A stretch of DNA of 64,000 bases, from contig NW_019091359.1 in the NCBI RefSeq assembly GCF_001949145.1, forward strand, positions 462,021 through 526,020, written 5' to 3'. The stretch comes from Acanthaster planci. Its lineage: Eukaryota. Positions 25,301 through 38,300 of this stretch are shown piece after piece; within the stretch, counting starts at the first letter, position 1; each line of letters opens with the position of its first letter. Under the pieces are notes generated by a model that saw only the letters and a list, made by a program, of their open reading frames with translations, had not been told where the DNA came from and did no database searches. The position numbers and the translations under genes are program-made.

Positions 25301-27824
25301 CTGTGAACTTATCCATAAACAGCCAGACGGACATTTACGAGGGTACGGGTGATTCGAAATAAAGCCTATCCTGAATGGTTGCTCTAAGTAAGGCCACATG
25401 CCCCCAGCTGGCATAGCTTACAACAAAACCCGATTATTTGGGCCACACCTATGACTGGACCAATGACGATAGCTAATCTCAGACCGTACACCGGCCTGGA
25501 CTTCTTTCACCCCGTCTCCATCCCGAACACCCCTTCCTCGAAACCAAGGACTGGCTAGACTTCGTCTCATCGTTAATTAGGGTCAACGTTACCAAGGATA
25601 ATGTATATACATTATCTCATTAAGACTATAGCTTCACGTACCTGTTACAATAATTAGGCGTAGCCTAACCCCCTCCATTTTAGCCCTCGGGCATTCACCT
25701 ATATCCCCTTCGGGAGCCAGTGTCGGTGAGTGGACAAGGATCACTTTTCGCCAGGAGCCTCTCGTTCCCCCCTCGACCTGGCTGGAGTGACAAAGAGAAG
25801 TGGCCTCCTCCTGGTCCGACGGTTCGGTCAGAAGTACCACATATCGTTTCAGGCACTCTTGGGGCTCGTGCGTGAACGCGGCCTACCCTCTTCCTTCCCC
25901 CTGATCTGGCCTGTCACTCCAGGTAAACTTTCTGACAATTGACTGCATTCTGATGGAGTCTTCCGTTTGTCAGGGAAGTGTAGAAGTGAAAGAAAGCATT
26001 TGGAAGTCCTCTCCAAATCTGAGGTCCGTATTCGTTCATGAATTGACAGTTAAGGCGCACAGGGGAAGAATTCGGGGCATCAAGCAGTTGTAACTCCTCT
26101 CTTTCCTTTTGTATTAAATGAATGAGTAAATAAACAACTCAGTAAGAACTAAAAAGTGCCTTGAACGGAGACCTGAATGCGGCATCGTTGAACCTCTTTC
26201 CTTATCCTGTACGCCCACAGTACTATATTGTACATATACATCATAAGAAAATCATAATTATGTACATGTACCTGTAGGCCTACGTACAGTATAGTAGCGT
26301 GTACAATAATTTACAAAGTAAAGGGAAAATGATGTCGTTTCCAGGGTGCTGTCATGCAAGACATACACCCACTGTTCGAATACTATCAGCTGTCAGCAGG
26401 CCTGCTAAAACTTAAACGTAGGGCCAGCTCGTGAACTCGAAGTATAAATTATTAAAAATACAAATATTGCACTGACCCGAATGCATCAGGACAGCAGCGA
26501 TATACCCCTGCAGAAAGTAGAGACAATTACGGCTGAAGGAATTCGAGGTTCAAAATAGTTACCCAAATTCCCTTTGGTGTACTGGCAAATCCCGTGATCA
26601 GCTTGGCAGCGGCGGCTCACACCGCACACACCTGCCGTCACTCGTCGGCCCGTGTGATGCACCGATCCCCGCTGATACGGGTCTGCCTGGCCTTTTGAAA
26701 AGATCAGTCAACGCTCAAGCCCAAGACTAATACGAACCTCTTTTCATTTCCCGAGATATTTTTATTTCTTTTAAAGGTGCGGTGTTTCCCCGGGTAACAT
26801 ATTAAAGGTGCACCTGAAATGGATAAAGACATGGAACCCAGACTTGACTAGACTGGCAGAGGGATTGAGGGTCACACATGGGTGTGAGAGGAAATGCATG
26901 GACTTGGGGGGGCGTTCTTTATAATATCGTCTCTTGTACATGTATATTCAGGGCGCGGAGGGGGATTTTGCTCGGAGCTTTCGAGTGCGTTTAAGCCAAT
27001 TAATCAGTAAGCAAAGTTAGTTAATAAAAGTCTACAATCCTCACTGAATTTCACAAACAGAATCCTACAGGTAAGGAAGCCAACGACCAATAACAGTAAA
27101 ATCCAAACAGAAATGTGATCCAACGACGAGAACAAGAATAAAGGCGCTGGCAGAAACTGAGAAGAGATAAATGCAATGACTGCACATGTCGCCGTTTGCG
27201 CGGAGGGAGGTGGGTACTATAGGTACGAACATTCAGTTAGTATCACTTGTTAGAAAAAGGGTTACTCCGCAGCCTGTCACGGTGCATAACGCTGTCACCA
27301 TTGAATTGTAAAGGTGAATGCCCTCTTCGTTGTTTCATCATAGTCTGGTGGTCAGACAAGACAGTAAATGTAATGGGTCCATTTTTAAAGATTTGGTCCA
27401 AATCAGAAAGGACAGTATCAAAAGGATATTCATCTCCTTCCGGACACGTTTTAAAAGCCTTATGCTCCCCCCCCCTTTGAACTGTGTGTGTTTAGTATGT
27501 ACGCTGAAATATTTGAGTTCATGGAAGACTACACCGCTGCCGATAGACGTTGTCAAGATATAGGAGTATTTTTCCTTTTCTGCCCTCAACAACCATTCAC
27601 CCTTTACCTTGATGCCCTTTTTGTCACCATGGTTCCCAAACTCAAGAGGAATTCACTTCATCACCGTTAGGTCGGAAGCCCCTTCAAACGCCAAACTTCT
27701 ACCGTCCAAACAATGGCCCCAAATTTGAAATGGACATGGAAACAGCCGTCTTTTGAAGGTACTTTCTGCTGAGAGTTCGAGAGGTTTGCCGCTTTAAGCG
27801 TTGAATTTCTGCAGGGTTTAATTA

Positions 27825-27944
27825 TTTTGAGGTATGGCGGACACAATTGGATTGCGCTATTTGAAATGGGTAAAATCTTTTTGTGTTTACTCCAAATTTA
27901 CCCCCTTCAAATAGCGCCTACTATTGTGTCCGCACGTGTCAAAA
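27825..27944. repeat. Short foldback element (~37-bp arms)
   Basis: GCGGACACAAT..GCGCTATTTGAA..GGGTAAA pairs with TTTACCC..TTCAAATAGCGC..ATTGTGTCCGC. Confidence 0.75.
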
Positions 27945-30900
27945 AAAAGGCTAATTGGCATTGGCCAAATCAGAATCATAGCAAAGCCATTTAAAATGCG
28001 CACGCGTCATCTATCACTGTTTATGTCTAATTCGACATTAAATCCTAACCCATGACCTAGAGAAATAAGATTTTTGCAACAATTCCAAGTTTTGCCCTAA
28101 ATCGTTACTAACGTAAATTAAAATTAGGAAGAATTATTCAAAGGTTGCTCTGAAAACCCGAAACACCTTTTTGAATTTCTTCTCCGAATTCGTATCAGCA
28201 GCATAATCTACTATGACCTGTATCCTTGACTAAACACTGATTTTTTTTTCTCTTGTAACGAAGAAGAGCAGGATTATGAACAGACAATATAAACTCTCCT
28301 TAATTAAAGGAGAAACTCGACTTTCGAGGAAACTGCCGACCTTCTGCGGCATTTTTGCCGATTACAATTGAATGGATTAGACGCGGCAGAAATTCAACGT
28401 TCGGACTAGGCCTTACCCTATAGTTCACGACCAACATCGCTACGTCACCGGCTGTCAATTTCTCCAATCCAAACATCTCTGCCCCAGTGACTTGGCAGAA
28501 GCAGGCGAGCTGATTGAGACATCATAAGCAGGGCTGGTCCCGGTGGTAGTCAGCGGCCAATTCATGTGTTTCCTCCATGTTACGATGGCTGGTTAACCTG
28601 TCTGTGATCATAGACTGTAGGTGATTGGCACACGGCTTATCCTGTTCGACCTTAAATGCCCCCCAGGTCTTTCCTTTTTTTTTTCTTTTTTTTTTTTTGT
28701 AAAGTAACGTGTCTTCTTTTTTTTACAAGCTGTAACAAATCATGCAATGTTTCATGCATATTTCCGTAGATGAGACTTTAAGAACATCACGCAGACGCAA
28801 GCTTGAGCTAATTACTTATTCTCTGAAGGTCGTTAGACTTCTTCGAGCGAAGTGCTTTAAATGAACTTTTCTGTCCAATTTGCATTTGTTATGATAGTGT
28901 TCATCTAGCTATTTCGAATGGTGTTTCCCCCTTTCCCAGTTTGTGCTATTGGAAAATTTCAAACCACATGCTTAAAACCGTGCTTTTAATTAATCTCAGG
29001 CAAAAGCTTCATTTGTACAGAAATCTGACTACAGAAACAACTGCCAAGTACTGTCTTTTCGTGTTTCTAACTTCGTGTGGATATTCATACACAATGCGCA
29101 GCTGCGGTGGTGAGTGAGCCACGTCCAAACCACCTCAAAGGGCCACAGCTAACAACACGTCTGCCTATACGCCAGCCGCTAGCTAGCTGCAGCTTCTTAA
29201 TTTCCCGTTGACGCTTGTTAATTTCGACCGAAGCAACATGATTGACATACAGTCTCAGAATCCCGTGCAGAAAAAAAATCCCAGAGCTGTTAAGTAAATG
29301 CATGTATTTTTCAGAGACAGCACTGCGACAGCGCCCCCAGATATTCGTAGTAGACTTCAGCTGCTACTAGCCACTGTACAAAGAAATCATGAAACTGTCG
29401 TATGCGGAGTGGTACCGTACGTATGTACGAAATCGTCCTGTAAAGACCTTTCTTTTTCTGCCTACGTCCCTAGCGCAGTTAAATGGTTGGCAAAATCTAT
29501 CCCTGGCAACGAGGCCAAAAGAGTCTTTTTTAGAAACATTTTAAAAAGACCAGGTTAATTCTAGAACACGTAATAGATTCTACTTAATACAGGAAATGCC
29601 TCCCATGTTAACAGCGAAGGAAAATGTGCCTTTTGAGACAAAGGTTGTTGCTATCTAAAGGTAAACTTTGTTTAAACTTTGGCAAATGCCAAATGGCAGT
29701 CAACAATCACTGTAAACAATTGAAAGGCCTATACACATGAAAAGATGGCAGCACACTTTTTCTTGCACTCAATAATGCCGTATTTATGACGCATGACAAA
29801 ACAGAACCCGGCTTATACCACATGAACGGTCGATATAAGCTTTCCCCAGTATTGGGACTAACCACCCCTGGTACCTTGGGGGTAATATCGACTATCCATC
29901 CCTGAAACTCGTAGGCCTGTATAAACGCCCCAGATATAGGTGTGGCACATGGCCTAAGGAGCTCCCACATTCGAAACACGTGCCTTTGTTATTTCCAAAT
30001 TTCCTTGAATTCAAAACATTATAAAAACTAACCCAAATCACGTGACATGTAATTTCAATAAGTACACGTAGCCTTTTTACCATGGCAAAAGGGAAGGGGG
30101 TGAATACAAATGGGGTGGGGAGCACCATGGCTCCTTACCCTACCCTCTGGTTGTTCTGTATTCATTCACATACGAACTTTTAGCAACAGGCAAAAATTTG
30201 GAAAATAAAAAGCCGTTTTTACAACTACACGTAATTACTGCGCTAAGTAGCTGCGCTCTCTCTCCAGTAAAAGGTCTACCAGTCAGTAAACATCTGACGT
30301 CATCGAAGCGTCTGATGATGTAAATAAAATGACATGTCCATTTTGGGCGCAGTATTACATGCAAGAGGTAGTGTATAGCTTCATTTTGGTGTCACATTGT
30401 TCAAATAAAATGGACACTACGATTACAAGTGATAATCTAATACACGATGTAACTACTTGCAGTTTTCATATACATGTAGGGGCCTACATCGAAAATATTA
30501 GCACGCATATCGGCATTTTATGATCCCATCACTCATCTTGTTTTGCATTTGAACCTCGTTGCTCGGTGATTAATAATGATAAACGTGTCATTAAGGATCC
30601 CATACTCACGAACAAAAATCTTAACAGGTACAATCAAATTTAAAATTTATCCTCACTAAAATTAAATCATACGTGAATATATGAAAGAATGAACCATATA
30701 CCGGGGTCATACCCGTTGTGTGTGTACGGGTTGATATCGATGACGAAGAAAAAGACTGGGGATTAGTCTTCAGAACAAAATAGGGCCTTTTTATATGGCC
30801 TGATTTATTTCCATTCATAACATCATTATTACACAGCTCAACGCAACCCCCCCTGACGAAGCGACAGTCATCAGATCCGTTTTGTTTCATACTTAAGTGA

Positions 30901-32088
30901 AACCCGCAGGCTACATTTACTGTCAAATGACGGAACTGCTCTGGCAAAATGTGGGTTCTTAACAGAGTAAATGTTGCTGATTCGACATTGCCTCTTTCAG
31001 GAAGTGTATTTTTGTAGGAAATCAGAACGAGTTTGAGACCAAGGGACTCCTTATCACCAACTGATTGCACACCTGCTTAGCGCAGCTATTTCAGACTTTG
31101 CCTCCAGCAGGGGATGAAGCCAAGGAGCAGAGATAAGCACAAGATGACAATCAAAAGATGACGATGAGTTGGGGGCGGAAGCTTTGAACATGACAAGACA
31201 CTCATCCTAGCTTTAGAATTTGGTTAAAGGGACCAGACAGAGGTATTATAGGTTATAACGACGGTGGGTAAAAACAAGAAGTGGTTATGCCCGTGCCCTG
31301 GGGCTGGGTGACGTGGGATCGGGCAACAGAGTGAACTCTGCTAGAATTCTCGGTCAGTGGTGGAGCCAGGGAGCGGAGGGTGGATTTCTCAGTTTCTTCA
31401 GGGGACGTGTTAGAAAAGGAATGGATGAGGAATTTGGTTGACGCAAAACAAGATGAGTGATGGGATCATGAAATGCCGATATGACGCAGGAATGAAAAAA
31501 AATTAAGGTCTGAGTCCGAGGAACGCCGTGCAAATGATGTACGTGAAAACATGTAGTGTACAAATGGATTCGATTGAACTCCTGAAGATAGCACTCTAAG
31601 ATTCCTTCTCTTCAGTTTTTGAGTTTCTAAGACTTCTTGTTCTGTCAGTCCAACAGTCTTTTGAACTCAAGCAAAGAAGTGTCTATACCTAGATGCCGAT
31701 CCTTGCAAGGAATACAATAAGCTACCTTCCTTTGGTGATCCATCTTTTGAACAGGTATAAGCAGCTTTATTTCGCTTCCATTTGCCCACATGACAGTTTC
31801 CCTTTTTTTCTGCCTGTGTGTCTATTTCAGGGACAATAATGATCTTGAAACTCCTCTATGTGTGTCAGTTTAACATGGTGAATGCAATGTGTGACGTGTT
31901 GCTACGTTTTCGGTTTAGTTTATTTCGCTCACGTTTCTTTGTTTTTGAAGTTCTATAGTTTAGCGAAGTAGAATTCAAGATGGTTCAAGATAGTAAGGAC
32001 GATATGGTAAAAAAAAATTCTAAATTATTCCCAAGGATAGATTTGCGCCGGGGAGATGTTAGTTAATTTTTGATTTTTTTTGTTTTTG

Positions 32089-32351
32089 TTTTGCCCGACG
32101 TATATTATAACACTGTATACTCAGTGTTTGCCCCGAAGGCTTGTGAAAAAACACAAGCATACTTGGGTGGGACTTGAACCCACGACCTCCTGCTTACTAG
32201 TGCAGATGGTGGGTGGTCAGAGTGGTTAAGACGTATGCACCAGTAAGCAGGGGGTCGTGGGTTCGAGTCCCACCAGAGTACGCTTGTGGGTTTTTTTCAC
32301 AAGCCTTCGGGGGCATACACAGTGTTATAATACACGTCAGGCAGGGCAAAA
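32089..32351. mobile_element. Palindromic element made of two head-to-head tRNA-derived SINE-like arms
   Basis: Arms of ~115 bp are reverse-complementary. The plus arm has an A-box TGGTCAGAGTGG (32214-32225) and a B-box GGTTCGAGTCC (32260-32270). Confidence 0.8.
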
Positions 32352-35300
32352 AAGAAATCCAAAATAAATTCTAAATAGTTTGCAACAACGGACCAGAAAG
32401 TAAAAACTACGGCTGAATAGAAAGTTTGTCAGTTCACACCCCGTCACCCAGTCTCTACACCACACACGTGTTTATAACCTTGTCTGCTCGTATCATTACT
32501 TGCCTGCTTGCTTGAGATTGTGCGCTGGTTACTTCCAACCCCAGTTGATTGAACTAATGGGCCCGACATAAAGATGCTACTTCCACGGTTTGTGTACCAC
32601 AACACACTTTTCCGCGTTTATTCCCTGTGTGAGGTCTTTCCGGTCCGACCGTATATGTGCTTGCCCATGTTTGTCTGCAGTGCGGTAGAAGTAATTATGA
32701 CCTGGCAGTAAATTCTTACCTTCTCCATTCTTAAAAAGTCAATCTTTCTGATACGGCTCTTTCAGAAGGAAGATAACATCATCTTCTTAGATTACAAAAG
32801 TTTCAGCTTGGACTAGATAATTGAAGTCCAATATCGCCTTTACCGCCTGAGAAATAACCTAAGACCGGATGAATTGCTATATTATTTTTTTTTCAAATGT
32901 ACAAATTCCCGACTTTCCCTTGTGTAAATCATTACCTGTGATAACATTTTGATCGTTTGTACCGTTATGTCCAATCCATTTCTTAATTTTGGTTTGTCAT
33001 ATTCAATATTCACTGTGTGATCTACACTTGATAGTTTTGGGGAATAAAAGTGCATCAAGGATCGATAAAAAGAAGCTTTCAACTTGGATTCTTTCAGGAC
33101 TGATTTCGTTTTTAACCATAAATCAAACTGGTGTGGTTCTTGACCAGAACTTGAGGTAAACTTCTGACACTTATCAGGGCCACCTGTTTTTCTTCATGTT
33201 TTCTTTGTTTTTGTGTCGCTAGATTTCTTTGCGTCATGATATCATGCTGTCTCTTAGTTGGTCGGTATTTTTACTTGCACATTTTCTCTTAAATGGCCTT
33301 GCATGCGACTTCACATCGAGGCACGAATACACTTTTCCTCCGGTAGTTTAAAAAAAATCTTTTGTGGGTGTGCAATGTCACGTTTATTATGGTCAACATC
33401 TCCACAGCGATGCCACAGCAGTTGTGTAATTGAAGAATCAAGGCAACTATAATCCATTCAACATCGCAAGAGATCTTCCATCAGTGGCCCCCAGGAGCAT
33501 TGCAGTGCCGTGCGAACGGCGCGGCAAACGGTTGTCATCCAACTTGTCCTCCCGCTCGCCTCAACTGCCGGCTCAAGACGCTGCGAGGAGGTTTTTCCAC
33601 CACAAACTGATCAAGTCCAATTCACTCAATTACGATAATCATATCAATCCGAACAAAACAACATTTCCGCTTGCGATGGCTTGTTGGAAAATGTACACAA
33701 ACCGTTCAAAGACCAAGGGGGGAAGACAGAAAAAGAGCAAACAGAATGACTCTCTGATACGCAGAGGAGGGACGGGAATCTCTTTTATCAAAGAGCAGTC
33801 CAACGGGAGAAGGGGATTTAATCTACCCGAAATGCTACACCATTGACGGCGAGTCATCGGGGGTTTACTGGTAGCCTCAACTCTCGTCATTGTTTTGCCA
33901 ACTTAATATCTCTAATGTTATCCCCCGTCATTTTCCCGTTTTTTTCATCTCTTAGCGTTGTCTTTTCTCATCTTGTCTCCCTCATGAATCCTCCCCTTTT
34001 ATCGAATCTCCCCTCTCATCCCTTTACTTCCCCTTAATCTAATCATTCGTTTTTCATCAAGATTCGCCTGAATGGCTTGAGGAGAAGAGGCAGCGAGATG
34101 CTGTCCCGGCGGGCACCGAAGGCTTGTTCGATCCCGACGTTTCTTTTTTCTGCGTCCTCTCCTGACCGCATCCCGTCCACGCCAAGCGCGAGAACCACTT
34201 TACGGGCGGCCTCTTCTACCCAAGCACTTGACTGTGGACCCCCAGGGAGCATCCCCGCATGTAAGCCCTTAACCAGACTCGCGTGACTACACGCTTTCTG
34301 CTTCCCTAGTCCCACTCCTTCTTTTCAAAACTTTCATTCTTGGCGGCCTTGGCGTGAATCAAACTCCGCTGCTCTTTGATGCCACTGTGTTTCTTCTCCA
34401 CAATTTGCCAGGCTGGACAAAAGTAAAGTACACGCTTCCAGTGGGCGTAACTGAGCGGTACAAGTGTGTCGTCACAGTAGAGTACATTATCCACATACGG
34501 TTTGCTGGAAAATATGTGGAATAACTGTTGACATGGCGGAGACACGTTAAAGTGCACGAACATCGTGGGTCTTTTGTTTGAAGCACTGAAGTCATTGTGG
34601 CTATGTGAGGTGTAGCTGCAATGAATTGTTCTTAGATACAATTTTTCTTTAACTCTGTATTTTTCTTTAATACTTGAAAACTCTTTTACATTCCTATTTA
34701 AAACATTTAAACTCATCTACGCTTTCTTTGACCACTGAGGGCGCTCTAGGGAAGACATAGTTCAGTTCATAGTTCATGGGCTTTTCTGTTCAAATTGTGA
34801 ACCGAAAATTGGCTTCCTGAAAACATTTCTGAGAAAGGGATTGATGCTTGCTTATTTATATTGCTGTGCAAATAAACAGTGAAGTAGCGAAGAAGAGAAA
34901 AACTTCGTCAAGCAAAATCTAAAAAATGCAGGACTTTATTTGTGTACAACCTAATGTAACACTAGGGCTTCTTCATGAGATGATGTCACAATTTCGCTCA
35001 TGAATATGGAAATCTCATTAGCATAAAAAATTTTAAAGTCAGTGAAATACCCTTTGAAACACTGAAACCAAAGTTGAAAATAAGGTTAACTGAGACACAA
35101 ATGTATTAAAACGATTCGATTGCAGCTCCCCCTTAAGAGGGTGATGAAAAATGATTTAATTTAATAATTTAACCAATTTGGAGGGAACCGTCGAATGTCA
35201 AACAAAAGCACAAGATTAACCTAAATTGGATTACAAGTCGTCGTGCGTATACTGTTAACAGATGATTTCAAAATACGAAGTTTCCCACAACCACAAACTC

Positions 35301-38300
35301 CAGACAATAAAAAGTCGGAAAGTAGTGGACGGTGGGTTGGACATCATTTTTCCGAGCTACCTACCAACGACTGCAAATTTGCCTAAGCAAGTCGAGGCAG
35401 TTTGCATGGTTATAAACGATAGATTTTAAATGAAACATTGTTCAGGTGTTGATCTTTTTATTATTCTATATTTCTCAAAAGAACTTTCACTTTTTGGTGA
35501 TCATGCTAACGCCAAAACTTCGTATAACTGGCTTGTTTGGTGTTTATAAAACATCGAACTCGAAAATCGTCGCTGTTCATGCTGCGTTGCGTAAATTTCC
35601 CGTTCAACCGAGGTCCATGAACAATTTAAAAAACCAACAAAACAAAACTAACAGTGCCGCATTCAGGTCCTAGGCCCGGGGCAATGGGTATTATTTTCTA
35701 GAATCATGTCTAAAGTCTTCCATCCGTTTAAAATCCTGAAATCCCCACCCAGGCAAAGGTGGTACCACCATTCTAAAATTCTGTCACTTTCTTTCCTCAA
35801 CAAAAGCAACATGTCAAAGGAGGCACCTCTTAATGCAGACCTTGGACTGCTTTTTCCGATACAGTAAACAATTCTGATCCTATTTTCTGTGAAACCTCGC
35901 CGACCTCATAGGAATGGAAATTGTGAACTGCACATATTTTTTCCTTTGTTTGTTCCGATGAAAAAAAATGGGGGGGTTGGGGGGTTGGGGGGGGTTTGTT
36001 GTTACTTTAATATCAAACGTTGCAATTCAGTGTAGGCCAACAGATGTGTGACATTCCAGATCTCGGCTGTGCAGTGACGGGAGTTCGTATATCTTCCTGT
36101 ATGTTTGGTGACCGTGTGACATGACAAGGGGATATTTACTACATTGGCTTAAAAAATGCTTAAAGATAGGTTCATTTTTCAGGCGAATGCAAAAACGAAG
36201 CAAATTTGACGTCACAAAACTTTTGCAAAAAACTTCGCTTGAGTTGAAATGTTTTTAACTGTTGCAAATTTGCAGGGGGAATGTTTCATCTAACGTTACA
36301 AAATCGCCCTCATGTTGACTTTCCCACCGATTATGAACCGGCCTTAACACTTCACTTTAACAACTCCAAAAGGAACATACGGAACGCAGCTGTATATGTA
36401 GTGGGCGATGCACGTGATGGATTCTGTTCCGGCCATTTTTTTTATTTTTATTTTTTTTAATTTTTACTTTATATCCGTTATCCCATACATCACGCGACCC
36501 TTGCTAATCCATCTACACACTATGGCAAAGCACACGAATCAAACTTAGCCATTTGTCCATGTGCCGTTTCTGTGAATGAGGTAAAGCATCTGTCATCGTC
36601 ATACTATTGTTTTATGGTGCCAGCTTCCCTTCCTCTTCAAAATGTTCTCTTTAAAAGACTCACTAATAGCCATCGTCGGGTAGGGGAAAAAAACCAATCG
36701 GTGCAGGCCAACTTGGCGATGTGTTCGTAGTAACCGTGCCCGTTTGAAGAACAAAACCCCCGTGCCGCGCCGGAGGCTTAAGCCGGCATCAGCGAGGTAA
36801 TCCTCGCCCAATGGGAGCCGTCAAAAGCACCCTCCCCTCCCGAAATTATTATGGCGACTTGCAAAGCCGACCCCTAGACAATTACTTTTCCTGCAATGCA
36901 ATTGCAGAGCGGGCCATGTTTATGAGCTGGATATGACGGAGATCTTAAGCCCTTGCATGGTATTGGCCCGATTTTTTTTTTAATTTTCGTTCACGTTCTG
37001 CTATTACCGAGCCGAGGAGAGGGTAGACATTTTTTCTGTGTGATATTCGTTTTTTTGGTTTTTCTTTTCGAGGTTTGAATTACTCTCAACTTACTCGGCA
37101 GCCTGTGTGAACTAATTGCCTTGCAAGATCTATGGTACCCAATGTTACTACGGAGCACTGCCGTGTCAATTTACTCCAGCAAGTCTCCACATTTTCCTCC
37201 GAGGAATGATCTGCATTTTATCAGAACTAGTTATCAGAAACGTCTTCTAAAAGATTTCTTTCACCGAGTATAGATTATGGAACGAGTAAGAAGCTTTTCC
37301 TAATTGAAACAACAACAGGAACAAAAGCAACAAAAAATAGCAGTAACAAAAACTATTACAACAACGTTACATTTCATTAGTTCTTTCTGTGATTATATAA
37401 GCAATTTATGACTGTGATAATCCCGGAACTACAAATCATGGATCTGCCTGATGATCTGCAAGAAACGAAAACATAATATTGATTATAAACTTCGCTTTGG
37501 AAGCCTTACTCCTAATCAAGTAGAATTTGATTTCTGATCGGAGAAAAAAACCCACATTTTAGCTCTGCAGTGAGCTTCTTTTTAATTTACAGTGTAAATA
37601 CACATTGTAGTGGGTTATTTCCTTTTGTTCCTTTTTGTCACAAATAATCAAACGAATACAACAACATGATTTGTCAAGAATGCCGCCAGATTGGTTTTTA
37701 TTGGACGTCTGTTATCGACAGTGCTGAGACAATCACTATCGAAGCCAGGTTTCTTGGTTGTTGGATGAAAAAGGTAGATTTTTGCGTTTGACGCCACACT
37801 CAGGCAGTTTAAACGGGGAATTGTTCGTGGTTTGTTTGTTTTTTTTAATTCAAATTTGACAGAGTAGACGGGAACGTTTTCCAATTGCATTATACCGCAT
37901 TCATCTATGGCTCAGAATTTGCATCAGGTAGGACATGAATCACGTAGGGCGACCGCAATACATCTGTTGATATTATGATTCAGACAAGAAAAAATATTCT
38001 CAGCTCCGAAGGATATTGTAACACACATGTATTTGTGAAACTGACACCAAAAACTGAAAAAAATCGGCAAAAATGACATCAAAGAAACTGGAGGCTTAAC
38101 ACATCTGTCAACTCAATATGTTGGTATCACATGACTTCTATTAAGAGTCCTCGTCGGCAAGCAAATGAAAATCGAACACCAACTCTTTATTTTGGGGCTT
38201 TCCGCTCTTTTTTCGTAGTGTAGATGCGAGAAATAATCACTTCTTGATGATTTTTCCCTACTTGCCAGCGGCGGCAAATTGGTAGAGGATGGAGAAGGCA

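Noticed and set aside
26465..26486. miR-92-like seed TATTGCAC
   Set aside because: No complementary upstream arm to form a precursor hairpin.
32208..32276. Functional tRNA gene
   Set aside because: The anticodon arm is irregular and the sequence is embedded in a repeat with SINE-like body and an inverted partner.
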